Below are positions 10,601-21,149 of a stretch of DNA of 42,974 nucleotides, piece by piece. Positions within the stretch are counted from its first letter, which is position 1. Each line of letters starts with the position of its first letter. The DNA comes from Guillardia theta CCMP2712 (taxonomy: Eukaryota; Protista; Cryptophyta), in contig NW_005434432.1 of NCBI RefSeq assembly GCF_000315625.1, forward strand, positions 10,216-53,189. Direction: 5' to 3'. Made by a program: the position numbers and the translations under genes. Under the pieces are notes generated by a model that did not search any database, was not told where the DNA came from, and saw only the letters and a list, made by a program, of their open reading frames with translations.

Positions 10601-11765
10601 CATCCGCAAGACAAGAGGAGTCACATTGCGCTGCGCAGGCGGAGGAATGAAGTGCTCATGAGACGAGTCGACGAAAGCGTCCTGCGTCATCAGGCACAGC
10701 AGCCGGGTCAGGTGGGATCCCCGCGCCATCTGCAGCCGGTGCAGGAGCCCTCACGCGACGGTAGAGAATCGCTCCAGCAAACGCGGCTCAAACACACGAA
10801 ACATGAGACCAACAAGACGGATTTACTGGCAGAAGGTAAAAAGTGCCTCAAGCAAAGACCGAAGGGTCTAGTTGCCAGCAGTGTTGCTAACTTTCGGTCT
10901 TGTGTTTCGTGTGTTTGAGCCGCGTTTGTTGGTGTGTTCCGTACACCACTTTTGTTGCTGTGTGCTCTCTGCCTGACGGTTTTGCTTGTTGCTGCTTTCT
11001 TCTGCTTGAGGCACTTTTTACCTTAGTAGTCATGGCATATCCAGCCCGGTGTTTGCGACCATCAAGCCCTCGTACTGCTCAGCCTTGCCTTGCTTGGTTG
11101 GGGTACGAGAAGCAGATGAGAAACAAAGTGATCCTGTCATGGGAGGAATGCAAGAGCAAGATTCTCAAGTTGAAGGAGGAGAAGTCAACAAGATGCTCGG
11201 TATGGTCAAGCCGCGCGAGAGAGTATGCAGTCCCCAGAGACAGATGCGAAGTATCCTACAGATGCAAATGGTCAGTCACAGGTCACTCAGTGTGAGTCCT
11301 TGACTAACGACAACTCGACTGTCTTTGACTTGCCCTGATAGCTCCAGAGCCCTTATTCCAAGGCTTGTAGTAGTGTGTCAGTGTGGTAGAGGACTGAAAT
11401 TCTTCCAAAGTGTTGCGGGCTGAAGCTGAACCAACCGGAAAGAAACACTGAAAGCCCGATGTTGCTGAGACTAGCTCTGATGAGGGAGTCTGCTTGACTC
11501 AAGGGAGTCTGCTTGACTTTGAGTGAGGCTACACCTCCAACTCAGGTGTAGCCTCTCCTCCATCTCAGCAGGGTCCACATCTAGCAAGTAACCATTGAGA
11601 CCTTCGCTTTTCACTGCATTTCTTCTATGACGGTAAGATCAACTCATTATCAGTGATGTTACTAAGGGTATAATTGTTTGTATTCTTTGTAAGGGTATGA
11701 TTGTTTGCTGTCGAAAAATCAAGATCGATATGCTCATGGACCGGCGAATCATATTGATCGTTCCA

Positions 11766-13478
11766 TCAGAAGCATTTGCGTCCCACAATTGCTTTGCCAT
11801 ACGTGTGGTATTCCTTTGCTGAGATCCAAGTTGTTTGCCTTGCATACGACGCGTCATATACAAGAGATGAAAGAAGAGCTTACCCGCAAATCGTGGCCAT
11901 AACTGCAGCACCAAAAAATGCGAGGCAATCGCGCTGTATGACTTAGATCACCTAGAGTACAGAACCAAAGGTCCACACCTCAGGTTTTGCAATGACTCTG
12001 ACCTTCACCGTGCGTGGAGCCAAGGCAACAACCTCTGCCTGCAACCTTTCTTGAAAGCCCTCATGCATTGTAGTTCCTCCAGATAATACGATATTTGCGT
12101 ACAGGTCCTGGAAAGACAAATTTACAAAGCGAAGCTTTCATGACAAGATTTTCTTCACTTTACGGATGTCTAGATCGCTTTTCATGATGCTGCAGGCAGA
12201 AAAGGTCAGGCAGCACAGGAGGGTCCGAGACAGCAACCTGTTGTACACCATCCAGTGGATTCCGACATCCTCCAAACCAAGGAGCGAGGGACGGAAAAGT
12301 GCTTCGAGACATCGAAATCTCTCGCTCCCTATTAGGACAATCTTGGATTGGGATCATTTCAGAGATCAGAGAATACACTCATGGTTTTCCATTCTTACCT
12401 GACCATCTGGCATCTCATAAGATACGTGCAGCTCATCAGACATTGCGGCTTTGTTCAGAGCTTCCTCATAGTCGAGTGCAACAAAGCCTGTTGAAACTGC
12501 TTCAAGGTTACCAAGACTGCCATGCTTGTGTTACAATGTTTTTCTTTCATGTCCCGAACTATCTCATACTCGGCAGATGATTTGAAGCAATAGCCTCTTT
12601 ACGTGGGAGTCAACAAATCTAGAAAGGTCGTGGGCTTCAAACCTTTCTCTCAGAAGTTTTGACAGGTATTCTGTGAGCTCATGACCAGCCAAATTCAAGC
12701 GTTTGATTGCATGCCAGATGGCATAGCCTTGGTAGATCGGAACTGAACATGAAACCCCTTGGCCTGAAATCAAGGTGTAAACATCTGAACTTCAAATCCT
12801 GCGTGAAAGCAAACCTGACTCTACGACAACACCAGTAATCTTTCCAGTAGAATATAAAGACATTACAGCCTGTATTCCGATATAGAAGGCCTAGGTTTCT
12901 CAAATGCTTATAGGTCGAAAAAAGCAACGAGAACTTACTGGGCAATCGAACCCTTCAAAGAATCTCTCACAAACTTCCTCTCTTTTGGCTTTCGGGTTTA
13001 GCGGAGCTTCTGTCAACAGTACAGGGTGATGTTTGAGGGATACTCCAAGCCCTGTCATTAGTACAAATCAAGAAATTCGATACCTAAAACGTACATCTCG
13101 TTGTTAAGTACCGGTAATTACAGAACTCCAAACTTTCTCCATGCCATTCCAGTCCGAAATTACTCCTATTCCCGAGTTTGATATGAAAAATTCTCGTTAA
13201 ACATAGTTTAGGCTGCTTACCATGCTTAATGGGATAACTCAATTTCAGAATCGCTCTGTGAGCCAGGGCATCATTGCCCACGTAACATTGCTGCGATTCT
13301 GAAAAAGAAAAAAATTTCTTGTGCTTGACTTCGCCGACGACATTTGGACAAATGAATCGCGGTCGCTGTGAAAATACACATCTGACTCACCATGACATAA
13401 ACGAATATGAGAATAAGAACCTCGTCAGAAGCAAACCCTGCTTTAATTCTTCCACTTCCATTATCGATGATGACAGGT
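11766..13478 (-). CDS. Divergent actin / actin-related protein, multi-exon
   Basis: Spliced translation includes [139 protein letters not shown] and GRKCF*. Introns are about 50-60 nt GT-AG. Confidence 0.95.
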
Positions 13479-13535
13479 CTGAACCACATGTAACACGTCC
13501 AACAACAATGAAAAATAAGTGATCTCAAAGCATAC

Positions 13536-16500
13536 ATGACTTGAAATGGGTCCACAGACACACAATCCACGGGATCTGATGACAAGACATAAGTCATATC
13601 CTCAGTACAACACCTTCATGATACCAACCTCCTTCAGCTGCCTCAACAGCATTCGCATCAACGATTCTCTCAGCATTGCCAGACGACTCGTGCATGCTCT
13701 TATTCTGCATCCTGATACAGGCTTCGTCGTGAATGAGTGTATGCTCGGCCATTGTGACCTCCTCTTCCTGCATCATAGAGAGTTGATCTTGCTCAACAGA
13801 CGCACTCCGCTTATCAGCCTGGGGCCCGTGTCCCTGAGGATCCGCTGCGTAGATTCGTTCACGGCCTCCTTGAGCTTCCGTTGATCTCAGCACAGGCACG
13901 ATCTTATGCTCAGGCCCATTGCCCTTTCCTGCCCGAGCCCCTGCCTCTGCATCAGGCTTGACCTCCTCGTCTGACGGTCTGAGGCTGACTGCTGGGTGCC
14001 AAGACGTCGCTTCTCCCCAATCGTTATGCGCAGTCTCAGCCTCAGTCTTTGCTCCAGCCCCGCCCCAAGTCAAAGCCTCGGCGTCGTCTCCAGCCTGAGC
14101 CTCAGCAGGATCACAAGGCACAGCATCACTGTATGACGTCCTCGAGTCGTCACATTCATCTACGGCTTGAAGTGCTGCCTGCGCTACCCTCCTGTCTGGC
14201 TTCAAGGCTGGTGATTGAAACCCCTGTTGCTCTTCCTGCTTGGCTCCCTTTTTCTGACGGCGTATCCGGGCTCCTATGTCAGTAAGAAATGCAACCTTGT
14301 GCAAAGACCCGGCTTCCGCCGTATCTGCTACCTCAGCTCCAGCCTCTTCTTCAGTTCCAGTTCTACCCACACTCTGTGCTCCAGTCTTAGCCTTATCCGT
14401 CTTTCCTTTCCCTGGGTCAGAAAGAGCTTGAGACCCAGCCTCTCCTTTATTATTTGCATTGATCAATGAAAGGCAGCGAAGCTGAGCTCCCACAATTTTT
14501 CTTTGATTCAATCCAAGATCCCGGAGCTTCTGTCCGCCCTCCCTAGTGCCAGCCACATCTCCAGCCCCATCTCGAATTTTATCCTGTGGTCGAGCTCCAG
14601 CGCCAGCTTCAGCGCCAGCTCCAGCTCCAGCCTCATGCAATACCTTGGCTTCCGCCTTATCTGCAAGTCCAGTCCCAGCCCCAGCCCCAGCCACTGTATC
14701 AGCCTGAGCCCAAGCGTCATCTGTATCTTCCACCTCAGCGCCAGAAGCTTCATATCCAGCATCCACTACAGCCTCAGCCCCACCATCAGTCTCATCCACA
14801 TCTGATACGTCAGTCACATTGCCAGTCCCATTCCTAGACCTGACCAAAGCTTTGGTCGTAACGGCTCCAGCCTTGCCCATACACATCTGACTCACCATGA
14901 CATAAACGAATATGAGAATAAGAACCTCGTCAGAAGCAAACCCTGCTTCAATTCTTCCCCTTCCATTATCGATGATGAAATCAGATCGATCAGCATCTGC
15001 AACCTCGGACCGTGCCGACGACCGAGGCTTTGAGAGTGCCTGGGCTTGACGAAGGGTCTGCAGCTCTCCTTCCAGCTCCTTAGAGCTTGCTTCCAGCTCG
15101 TTGCGCTCCTGCTGCGTGTGTGCCTGGGCTTGACGAAGGGTCTGCAGCTCTCCTTCCAGCTCCTTAGAGCTTGCTTCCAGCTCGTTGCGCTCCTGCTGCG
15201 TGTGTGCCTGGGCTTGACGAAGGGTCTGCAGCTCTCCTTCCAGCTCCTTAGAGCTTGCTTCCAGCTCGTTGCGCTCCTGCTGCGTGTGTGCCTGGGCTTG
15301 ACGAAGGGTCTGCAGCTCTCCTTCCAGCTCCTTAGAGCTTGCTTCCAGCTCGTTGCGCTCCTGCTGCGTGTGTGCCTGGGCTTGACGAAGGGTCTGCAGC
15401 TCTCCTTCCAGCTCCTTAGAGCTTGCTTCCAGCTCGTTGCGCTCCTGCTGCGTGTGTGCCTGGGCTTGACGAAGGGTCTGCAGCTCTCCTTCCAGCTCCT
15501 TAGAGCTTGCTTCCAGCTCGTTGCGCTCCTGCTGCGTGTGTGCCTGGGCTTGACGAAGGGTCTGCAGCTCTCCTTCCAGCTCCTTAGAGCTTGCTTCCAG
15601 CTCGTTGCGCTCCTGCTGCGTGTGTGCCTGGGCTTGACGAAGGGTCTGCAGCTCTCCTTCCAGCTCCTTAGAGCTTGCTTCCAGCTCGTTGCGCTCCTGC
15701 TGCGTGTGTGCCTGGGCTTGACGAAGGGTCTGCAGCTCTCCTTCCAGCTCCTTAGAGCTTGCTTCCAGCTCGTTGCGCTCCTGCTGCGTGTGTGCCTGGG
15801 CTTGACGAAGGGTCTGCAGCTCTCCTTCCAGCTCCTTAGAGCTTGCTTCCAGCTCGTTGCGCTCCTGCTGCGTGTGTGCCTGGGCTTGACGAAGGGTCTG
15901 CAGCTCTCCTTCCAGCTCCTTAGAGCTTGCTTCCAGCTCGTTGCGCTCCTGCTGCGTGTGTGCCTGGGCTTGACGAAGGGTCTGCAGCTCTCCTTCCAGC
16001 TCCTTAGAGCTTGCTTCCAGCTTCGTTGCGCTCCTGCTGCGTGTGTGCCTTGGGCTTGACGAAAGGGTCTGCAGCTCTCCTTCCAGCTCCTTAGAGCTTG
16101 CTTCCAGCTCGTTGCGCTCTGCTGCGTGTGTGCCTGGGCTTGACGAAGGGTCTGCAGCTCTCCTTCCAGCTCCTTAGAGCTTGCTTCCAGCTCGTTGCGC
16201 TCTGCTGCGTGTGTGCCTGGGCTTGACGAAGGGTCTGCAGCTCTCCTTCCAGCTCCTTAGAGCTTGCTTCCAGCTCGTTGCGCTCTGCTGCGTGTGTGCC
16301 TGGGCTTGACGAAGGGTCTGCAGCTCTCCTTCCAGCTCCTTAGAGCTTGCTTCCAGCTCGTTGCGCTCCTGCTGCGTGTGTGCCTGGGCTTGACGAAGGG
16401 TCTGCAGCTCTCCTTCCAGCTCCTTAGAGCTTGCTTCCAGCTCGTTGCGCTCCTGCTGCGTGTGTGCCTGGGCTTGACGAAGGGTCTGCAGCTCTCCTTC

Positions 16501-18220
16501 CAGCTCCTTAGAGCTTGCTTCCAGCTCGTTGCGCTCCTGCTGCGTGTGTGCCTGGGCTTGACGAAGGGTCTGCAGCTCTCCTTCCAGCTCCTTAGAGCTT
16601 GCTTCCAGCTCGTTGCGCTCCTGCTGCGTGTGTGCCTGGGCTTGACGAAGGGTCTGCAGCTCTCCTTCCAGCTCCTTAGAGCTTGCTTCCAGCTCGTTGC
16701 GCTCCTGCTGCGTGTGTGCCTGGGCTTGACGAAGGGTCTGCAGCTCTCCTTCCAGCTCCTTAGAGCTTGCTTCCAGCTCGTTGCGCTCCTGCTGCGTGTG
16801 TGCCTGGGCTTGACGAAGGGTCTGCAGCTCTCCTTCCAGCTCCTTAGAGCTTGCTTCCAGCTCGTTGCGCTCCTGCTGCGTGTGTGCCTGGGCTTGACGA
16901 AGGGTCTGCAGCTCTCCTTCCAGCTCCTTAGAGCTTGCTTCCAGCTCGTTGCGCTCCTGCTGCGTGTGTGCCTGGGCTTGACGAAGGGTCTGCAGCTCTC
17001 CTTCCAGCTCCTTAGAGCTTGCTTCCAGCTCGTTGCGCTCCTGCTGCGTGTGTGCCTGGGCTTGACGAAGGGTCTGCAGCTCTCCTTCCAGCTCCTTAGA
17101 GCTTGCTTCCAGCTCGTTGCGCTCCTGCTGCGTGTGTGCCTGGGCTTGACGAAGGGTCTGCAGCTCTTCTTCCAGCTCCTTAGAGCTTGCTTCCAGCTCG
17201 TTGCGCTCCTGCTGCATGTGTGCCTGGGCTTGACGAAGGGTCTGCAGCTCTCCTTCCAGCTCCTTAGAGCTTGCTTCCAGCTCGTTGCGCTCCTGCTGCG
17301 TGTGTGCCTGGGCTTGACGAAGGGTCTGCAGCTCTCCTTCCAGCTCCTTAGAGCTTGCTTCCAGCTCGTTGCGCTCCTGCTGCGTGTGTGCCTGGGCTTG
17401 ACGAAGGGTCTGCAGCTCTCCTTCCAGCTCCTTAGAGCTTGCTTCCAGCTCGTTGCGCTCCTGCTGCGTGTGTGCCTGGGCTTGACGAAGGGTCTGCAGC
17501 TCTCCTTCCAGCTCCTTAGAGCTTGCTTCCAGCTCGTTGCGCTCCTGCTGCGTGTGTGCCTGGGCTTGACGAAGGGTCTGCAGCTCTCCTTCCAGCTCCT
17601 TAGAGCTTGCTTCCAGCTCGTTGCGCTCCTGCTGCGTGTGTGCCTGGGCTTGACGAAGGGTCTGCAGCTCTCCTTCCAGCTCCTTAGAGCTTGCTTCCAG
17701 CTCGTTGCGCTCCTGCTGCGTGTGTGCCTGGGCTTGACGAAGGGTCTGCAGCTCTCCTTCCAGCTCCTTAGAGCTTGCTTCCAGCTCGTTGCGCTCCTGC
17801 TGCATGTGTGCCTGGGCTTGACGAAGGGTCTGCAGCTCTCCTTCCAGCTCCTTAGAGCTTGCTTCCAGCTCGTTGCGCTCCTGCTGCGTGTGTGCTGGAC
17901 TGACGAAGGGTCTGCAGCTCTTCTTCCAGCTCCTTAGAGCTTGCTTCCAGCTCGTTGCGCTCCTGCTGCGTGTGTGCCTGGGCTTGACGAAGGGTCTGCA
18001 GCTCTCCTTCCAGCTCCTTAGAGCTTGCTTCCAGCTCGTTGCGCTGTTGACGAAGGGTCTGCAGCTTTTTCATCTTTTTGTTCAATTTGAGTATTTTCAG
18101 CTGTATTATCTCAATCTCATCAATTTTATTTGAATCCTGTTCTATCCAGATAAGTTCCATGGTTATTTCGAGCATTGTGTTCAGGAAGGTATTGATTCCT
18201 GCAATCTCCATCTCACACAT
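13536..18220 (-). CDS. Long N-terminal extension (28-aa coiled-coil repeats plus Ala/Glu/Gly-rich linker), probably spliced to the actin domain
   Basis: The frame is open from the repeat array through ALSKPRSS...IIDNGRGRIEAGFASDE and ORF 13594-14898. Introns 13576-13628 and 13479-13535 join it in phase to actin. Indels at 16021-16290 and near 17895 break the frame as assembled. Confidence 0.65.
14879..14978 (-). repeat. 100-bp duplicate of 13374-13473 (first actin exon plus most of the following intron)
   Basis: Identical except for two substitutions, AGT>AGG and AAA>GAA. Confidence 0.95.
15036..18066 (-). repeat. 84-bp tandem array, about 36 near-identical units, encoding QQERNELEASSKELEGELQTLRQAQAHT
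   Basis: Directly visible period of 84 bp; heptad pattern of Leu. Confidence 0.97.
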
Positions 18221-19023
18221 CTTTCTTTTTGTTGTGTTGACAACGAGATCACGAGATGAGTCTGTTTGTTGCCTCCAATTCTTTGTTCGTTCCCACCACG
18301 ATGTTTTGAGCTCACCTGTCGAACTAACTTTTATGAGGCTCTTATGAGTATTTCAAATTACAGAGAAACAAATCAAACTTTTGTTTTAATTCCTTTAAAC
18401 AGTTTTACGCCCGCGGCCGGTCAAAAATCAGTGCCGTAGGACAATCAGGAGAGACTCCGACCGCGAGGAGGCTTGACCCTGACACTGTCGCACAGGCCAA
18501 ACGTCGAGAAGAGAAAAGACAGCGAGAACCAAACCCAATCCTGCCGACTGCTGTCCCCCAAACTTAACCGTCGATACCTTCACCTAAGGCTGCGCGCGGG
18601 ACAATCCCGCCGCCGGCCCCGCGCCATCACGGCATGTGCCGCTGAGCGATGTCGCTGCGGCCGCCGCCGAAGGAATGAGACGCATACCGGACCGCACCTG
18701 CGATGATCGCACCGACTGCCAGTGACATGAACTGGCTTCGCCGGAACTTTCACGCCCCGGGCCCGCGGCCGCCGCGCCGCGGCCCGGCCCGCGGCCCGAG
18801 TCCCGGCAGCCCTGAGGCCGCTCCGAGGGTCAAGTTTGAAACAACCCGCCTCAGCAGATGTTATGTACCCAGGAGGGCAATGGTGGGAGGGAAGTGAAAT
18901 GAAGGAATGGAGCATGGGTTGAGAAGCCGTCAATGCTAACTTGATGTCAGATGTTCCAGGTTCAAGACAATGAAGACAATGATTTGATGTCGGATCTTGC
19001 TTAATCGAGCTCAACTATAACAA

Positions 19024-19883
19024 ATGAATTCGAATTTTGTCACGGAGATTCTATGCAGCGTCTCATTTCTTGTTTACTTGACTGCTGCAGCATCTTGCAG
19101 CTTTGAGCAATCTCATCGAGTCAGTCATCGAAGAGCGGCTATCAGTCAGTCTGAGCATGGAGGAGGCATCAGGCTGAGAGGAGGAGAGGATGGGAAGTCG
19201 GAGACGATTGTGGTGCCGACAGACTGCAAAGGAGTCGCAGAAGCCGTGAAGGTCTGCTTGTCTGCAGGTATCTCCTCATCTCATGGTATCGGCGTAGTTG
19301 GCATGTGGGCAGCTCAAGAGATACGTCACCATGCCCTCGGAGATGGAGCGAGAAGCAGGCAAGATTCTCGACCCGGACATCAACAACGTGCGTTCGCTAT
19401 TGATGGGGTTGGAGCTGAGCTTGTTGGCAGTACGGCGAAGCCGTCCTCCCCGAGACTTACGAGTGGACCCCAGCGAGTGGGCAGAAGATCCGCGTGAAAT
19501 GCGGAGAGTACGAGTGGGGGGGATGGTCGGACAGGAAGCAGTGCTTCAAAGACCCTCAGGAACTCATGCTCGTCTTCACCTCCGACCCTGACGCATCGTA
19601 GGCGTTGATCATTCGATCCCACCTGGACTTCCGTGGCGAAGATGGAGTGTGTTGTATGTGGTCAGCTCTGCTGGTTGAGGCGTTGAGGCTGATGCAGGTG
19701 ACGGAGAATGGTTGATGGCCCTGGGCTCTTCGGGCATCTTCAAAGACGTCATGCTGCTTTCTACTCATGTATCGGAGAGGAAGAGGGGTGTCGATAGTTG
19801 TATGTGAGAGGAGGAGGAGTTGACGTATGTATGTGAGAGGAGGAAGAAGAGGGGGAGGAGGAGGAGGAAGAGGAGGAGGAGGG

Positions 19884-19925
<42 letters not shown>

Positions 19926-20992
19926 GGAGGAGGAGGAGGTGGAGGAGGAGGTTTTGGTGGTGATGTCGTTGGCAGCACATGCCGGGAGTGGGGGGAGGAC
20001 TGACGCTCAACATTGGGGACGGTGACTGGAGGATCGAGAATTGTCAGCTGAAGTTTGACCCTGTTGCTACTTTGAGAATGTGAGAGTGATTTGTGCGTTA
20101 GAGTATTTCCTGGGCCCTTGACGGGAGTGCTGGCGGCTAGCGGAAATGTGAGGAAGAGGGGGAGGGAGGAGAGGTGCTCACGGACCTCAGTCAAGAGTCA
20201 GTCTGCTTGATTGCATCTTGTTACCTGTCGAGCTTACAAACATCGGCACTCATGGGTGAGTCGCTTTGAGCGCTGGTCGAGGCTGAAGGTGTCAGGTATG
20301 GAATGTTCGCTTGGGGTCAGAGCGTTGTGAAGTTTGTCGGGTGCGAGGTCCAAGACTTTCAGGTTTTGTAGACATAGAGAGACGTGAGCCGATCTGTGTG
20401 CCGTCAGGTGGGAGCTGACGTCTCATTCAACGCCTCCGTTGTTTTCGAAAGGTCTTGTTGCTCGTCCTGTTGCTTTCTCACCCCCAGCAGCTGTGACGTG
20501 TCTCACAACCGCTTCGCCATCTACCTCCATGACGAGGCTCACGTCAGCATGTCCAACTGCACATTGACGCAGAACCACAAGGTGCGAGAAGGTTGTGAGT
20601 TGTGAGCTCACGCGTGTCGTTCAGAGCGCTTTTTGTGTGGGTCACCATGGCAAAGATCGAGCATCGCTAGCGCTCAGAAATGTCTCGCTGCTGGTGAGCA
20701 AGAGGGTGATCAGCATGCGAGGATGACAAGCTCGGGCAGGGCAACAAGCTGTGGAGTGACGATGACCGACCGAAGACGCTCGTCGAGGAGAATGTTGTGA
20801 TTGACCTGGAGAACTTCTCTTTGCCTGTCGTCTACCGGGTGAGAAGCTGGATGGAGAAGCGAGGGGTCTTTGTCATTCCCAGCTGATTCACTTCCCCAGG
20901 ACACCAACTTCACCATCGCTCATGTGGATCAAACGTTCGATGAAGAGAGCGAAGCCGAACGAGCATTCCTACACGAGTACATGACCAAGTGA
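19024..20992 (+). CDS. Signal-peptide protein with probable right-handed beta-helix (pectin lyase-like) repeats, multi-exon
   Basis: Hydrophobic N-terminus, then IRLRGG, TIVVPTD, GDWRIENCQL and CDVSHNRFAIYLHDEAHVSMSNCTLTQNH. Last exon ends ...FLHEYMTK*. Confidence 0.6.
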
Positions 20993-21149
20993 GATTTTTA
21001 ATCCCGCCTCCGGCTTGACTTGCTCTCAGCATTACGATGAACATCACCTCCTTGCATCCCTTGCAGGAGCCGATAAATTGGACTCTAGCGTATCCCTTCG
21101 ATGATTTGGGACGCAGAATTCGTTTGAATCTGACGAGTAAATCAAGTGG

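Larger units (their letters stand above)
1..11075. mobile_element. Nested cluster of one CRE-like (RT + restriction-like endonuclease) non-LTR retrotransposon family; fragments in both orientations
   Basis: The same ORF segments and 3' UTR recur many times. The 3' terminus (GCTTGAGGCACTTTTTAYCTTCTGCCAGTAAATCC, whole or partial) is seen near 320(+), 1884(-), 3608(-), 4147(+), 6180(+), 6278(-), 6463(+), 6662(+), 7858(-), 8048(+), 8346(-), 8791(+), 9362(-), 9607(-), 10819(-). N gap at 537-910. Confidence 0.93.

Noticed and set aside
287-11023. Recurring 35-nt motif with varying intervening sequence as a CRISPR-like array
   Set aside because: Spacing is irregular, orientation is mixed, 5' extents vary and TSDs are present. 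It is the retroelement's 3' terminus; no cas genes, and the context is eukaryotic.
1-11075. Whole mosaic as an assembly artefact
   Set aside because: Multiple paired TSDs, junction-specific tails and subfamily SNPs argue for real events. Individual junctions near the N gap remain unverified.
11525-11584. Helitron 3' end (hairpin plus CTAG)
   Set aside because: The CTAG is about 25 nt from the hairpin and is not followed by T; no 5' end or RepHel was seen.
15046-17937. Leu-rich plus-strand ORFs (337 and 557 aa)
   Set aside because: They are the antisense shadow of the coiled-coil array.
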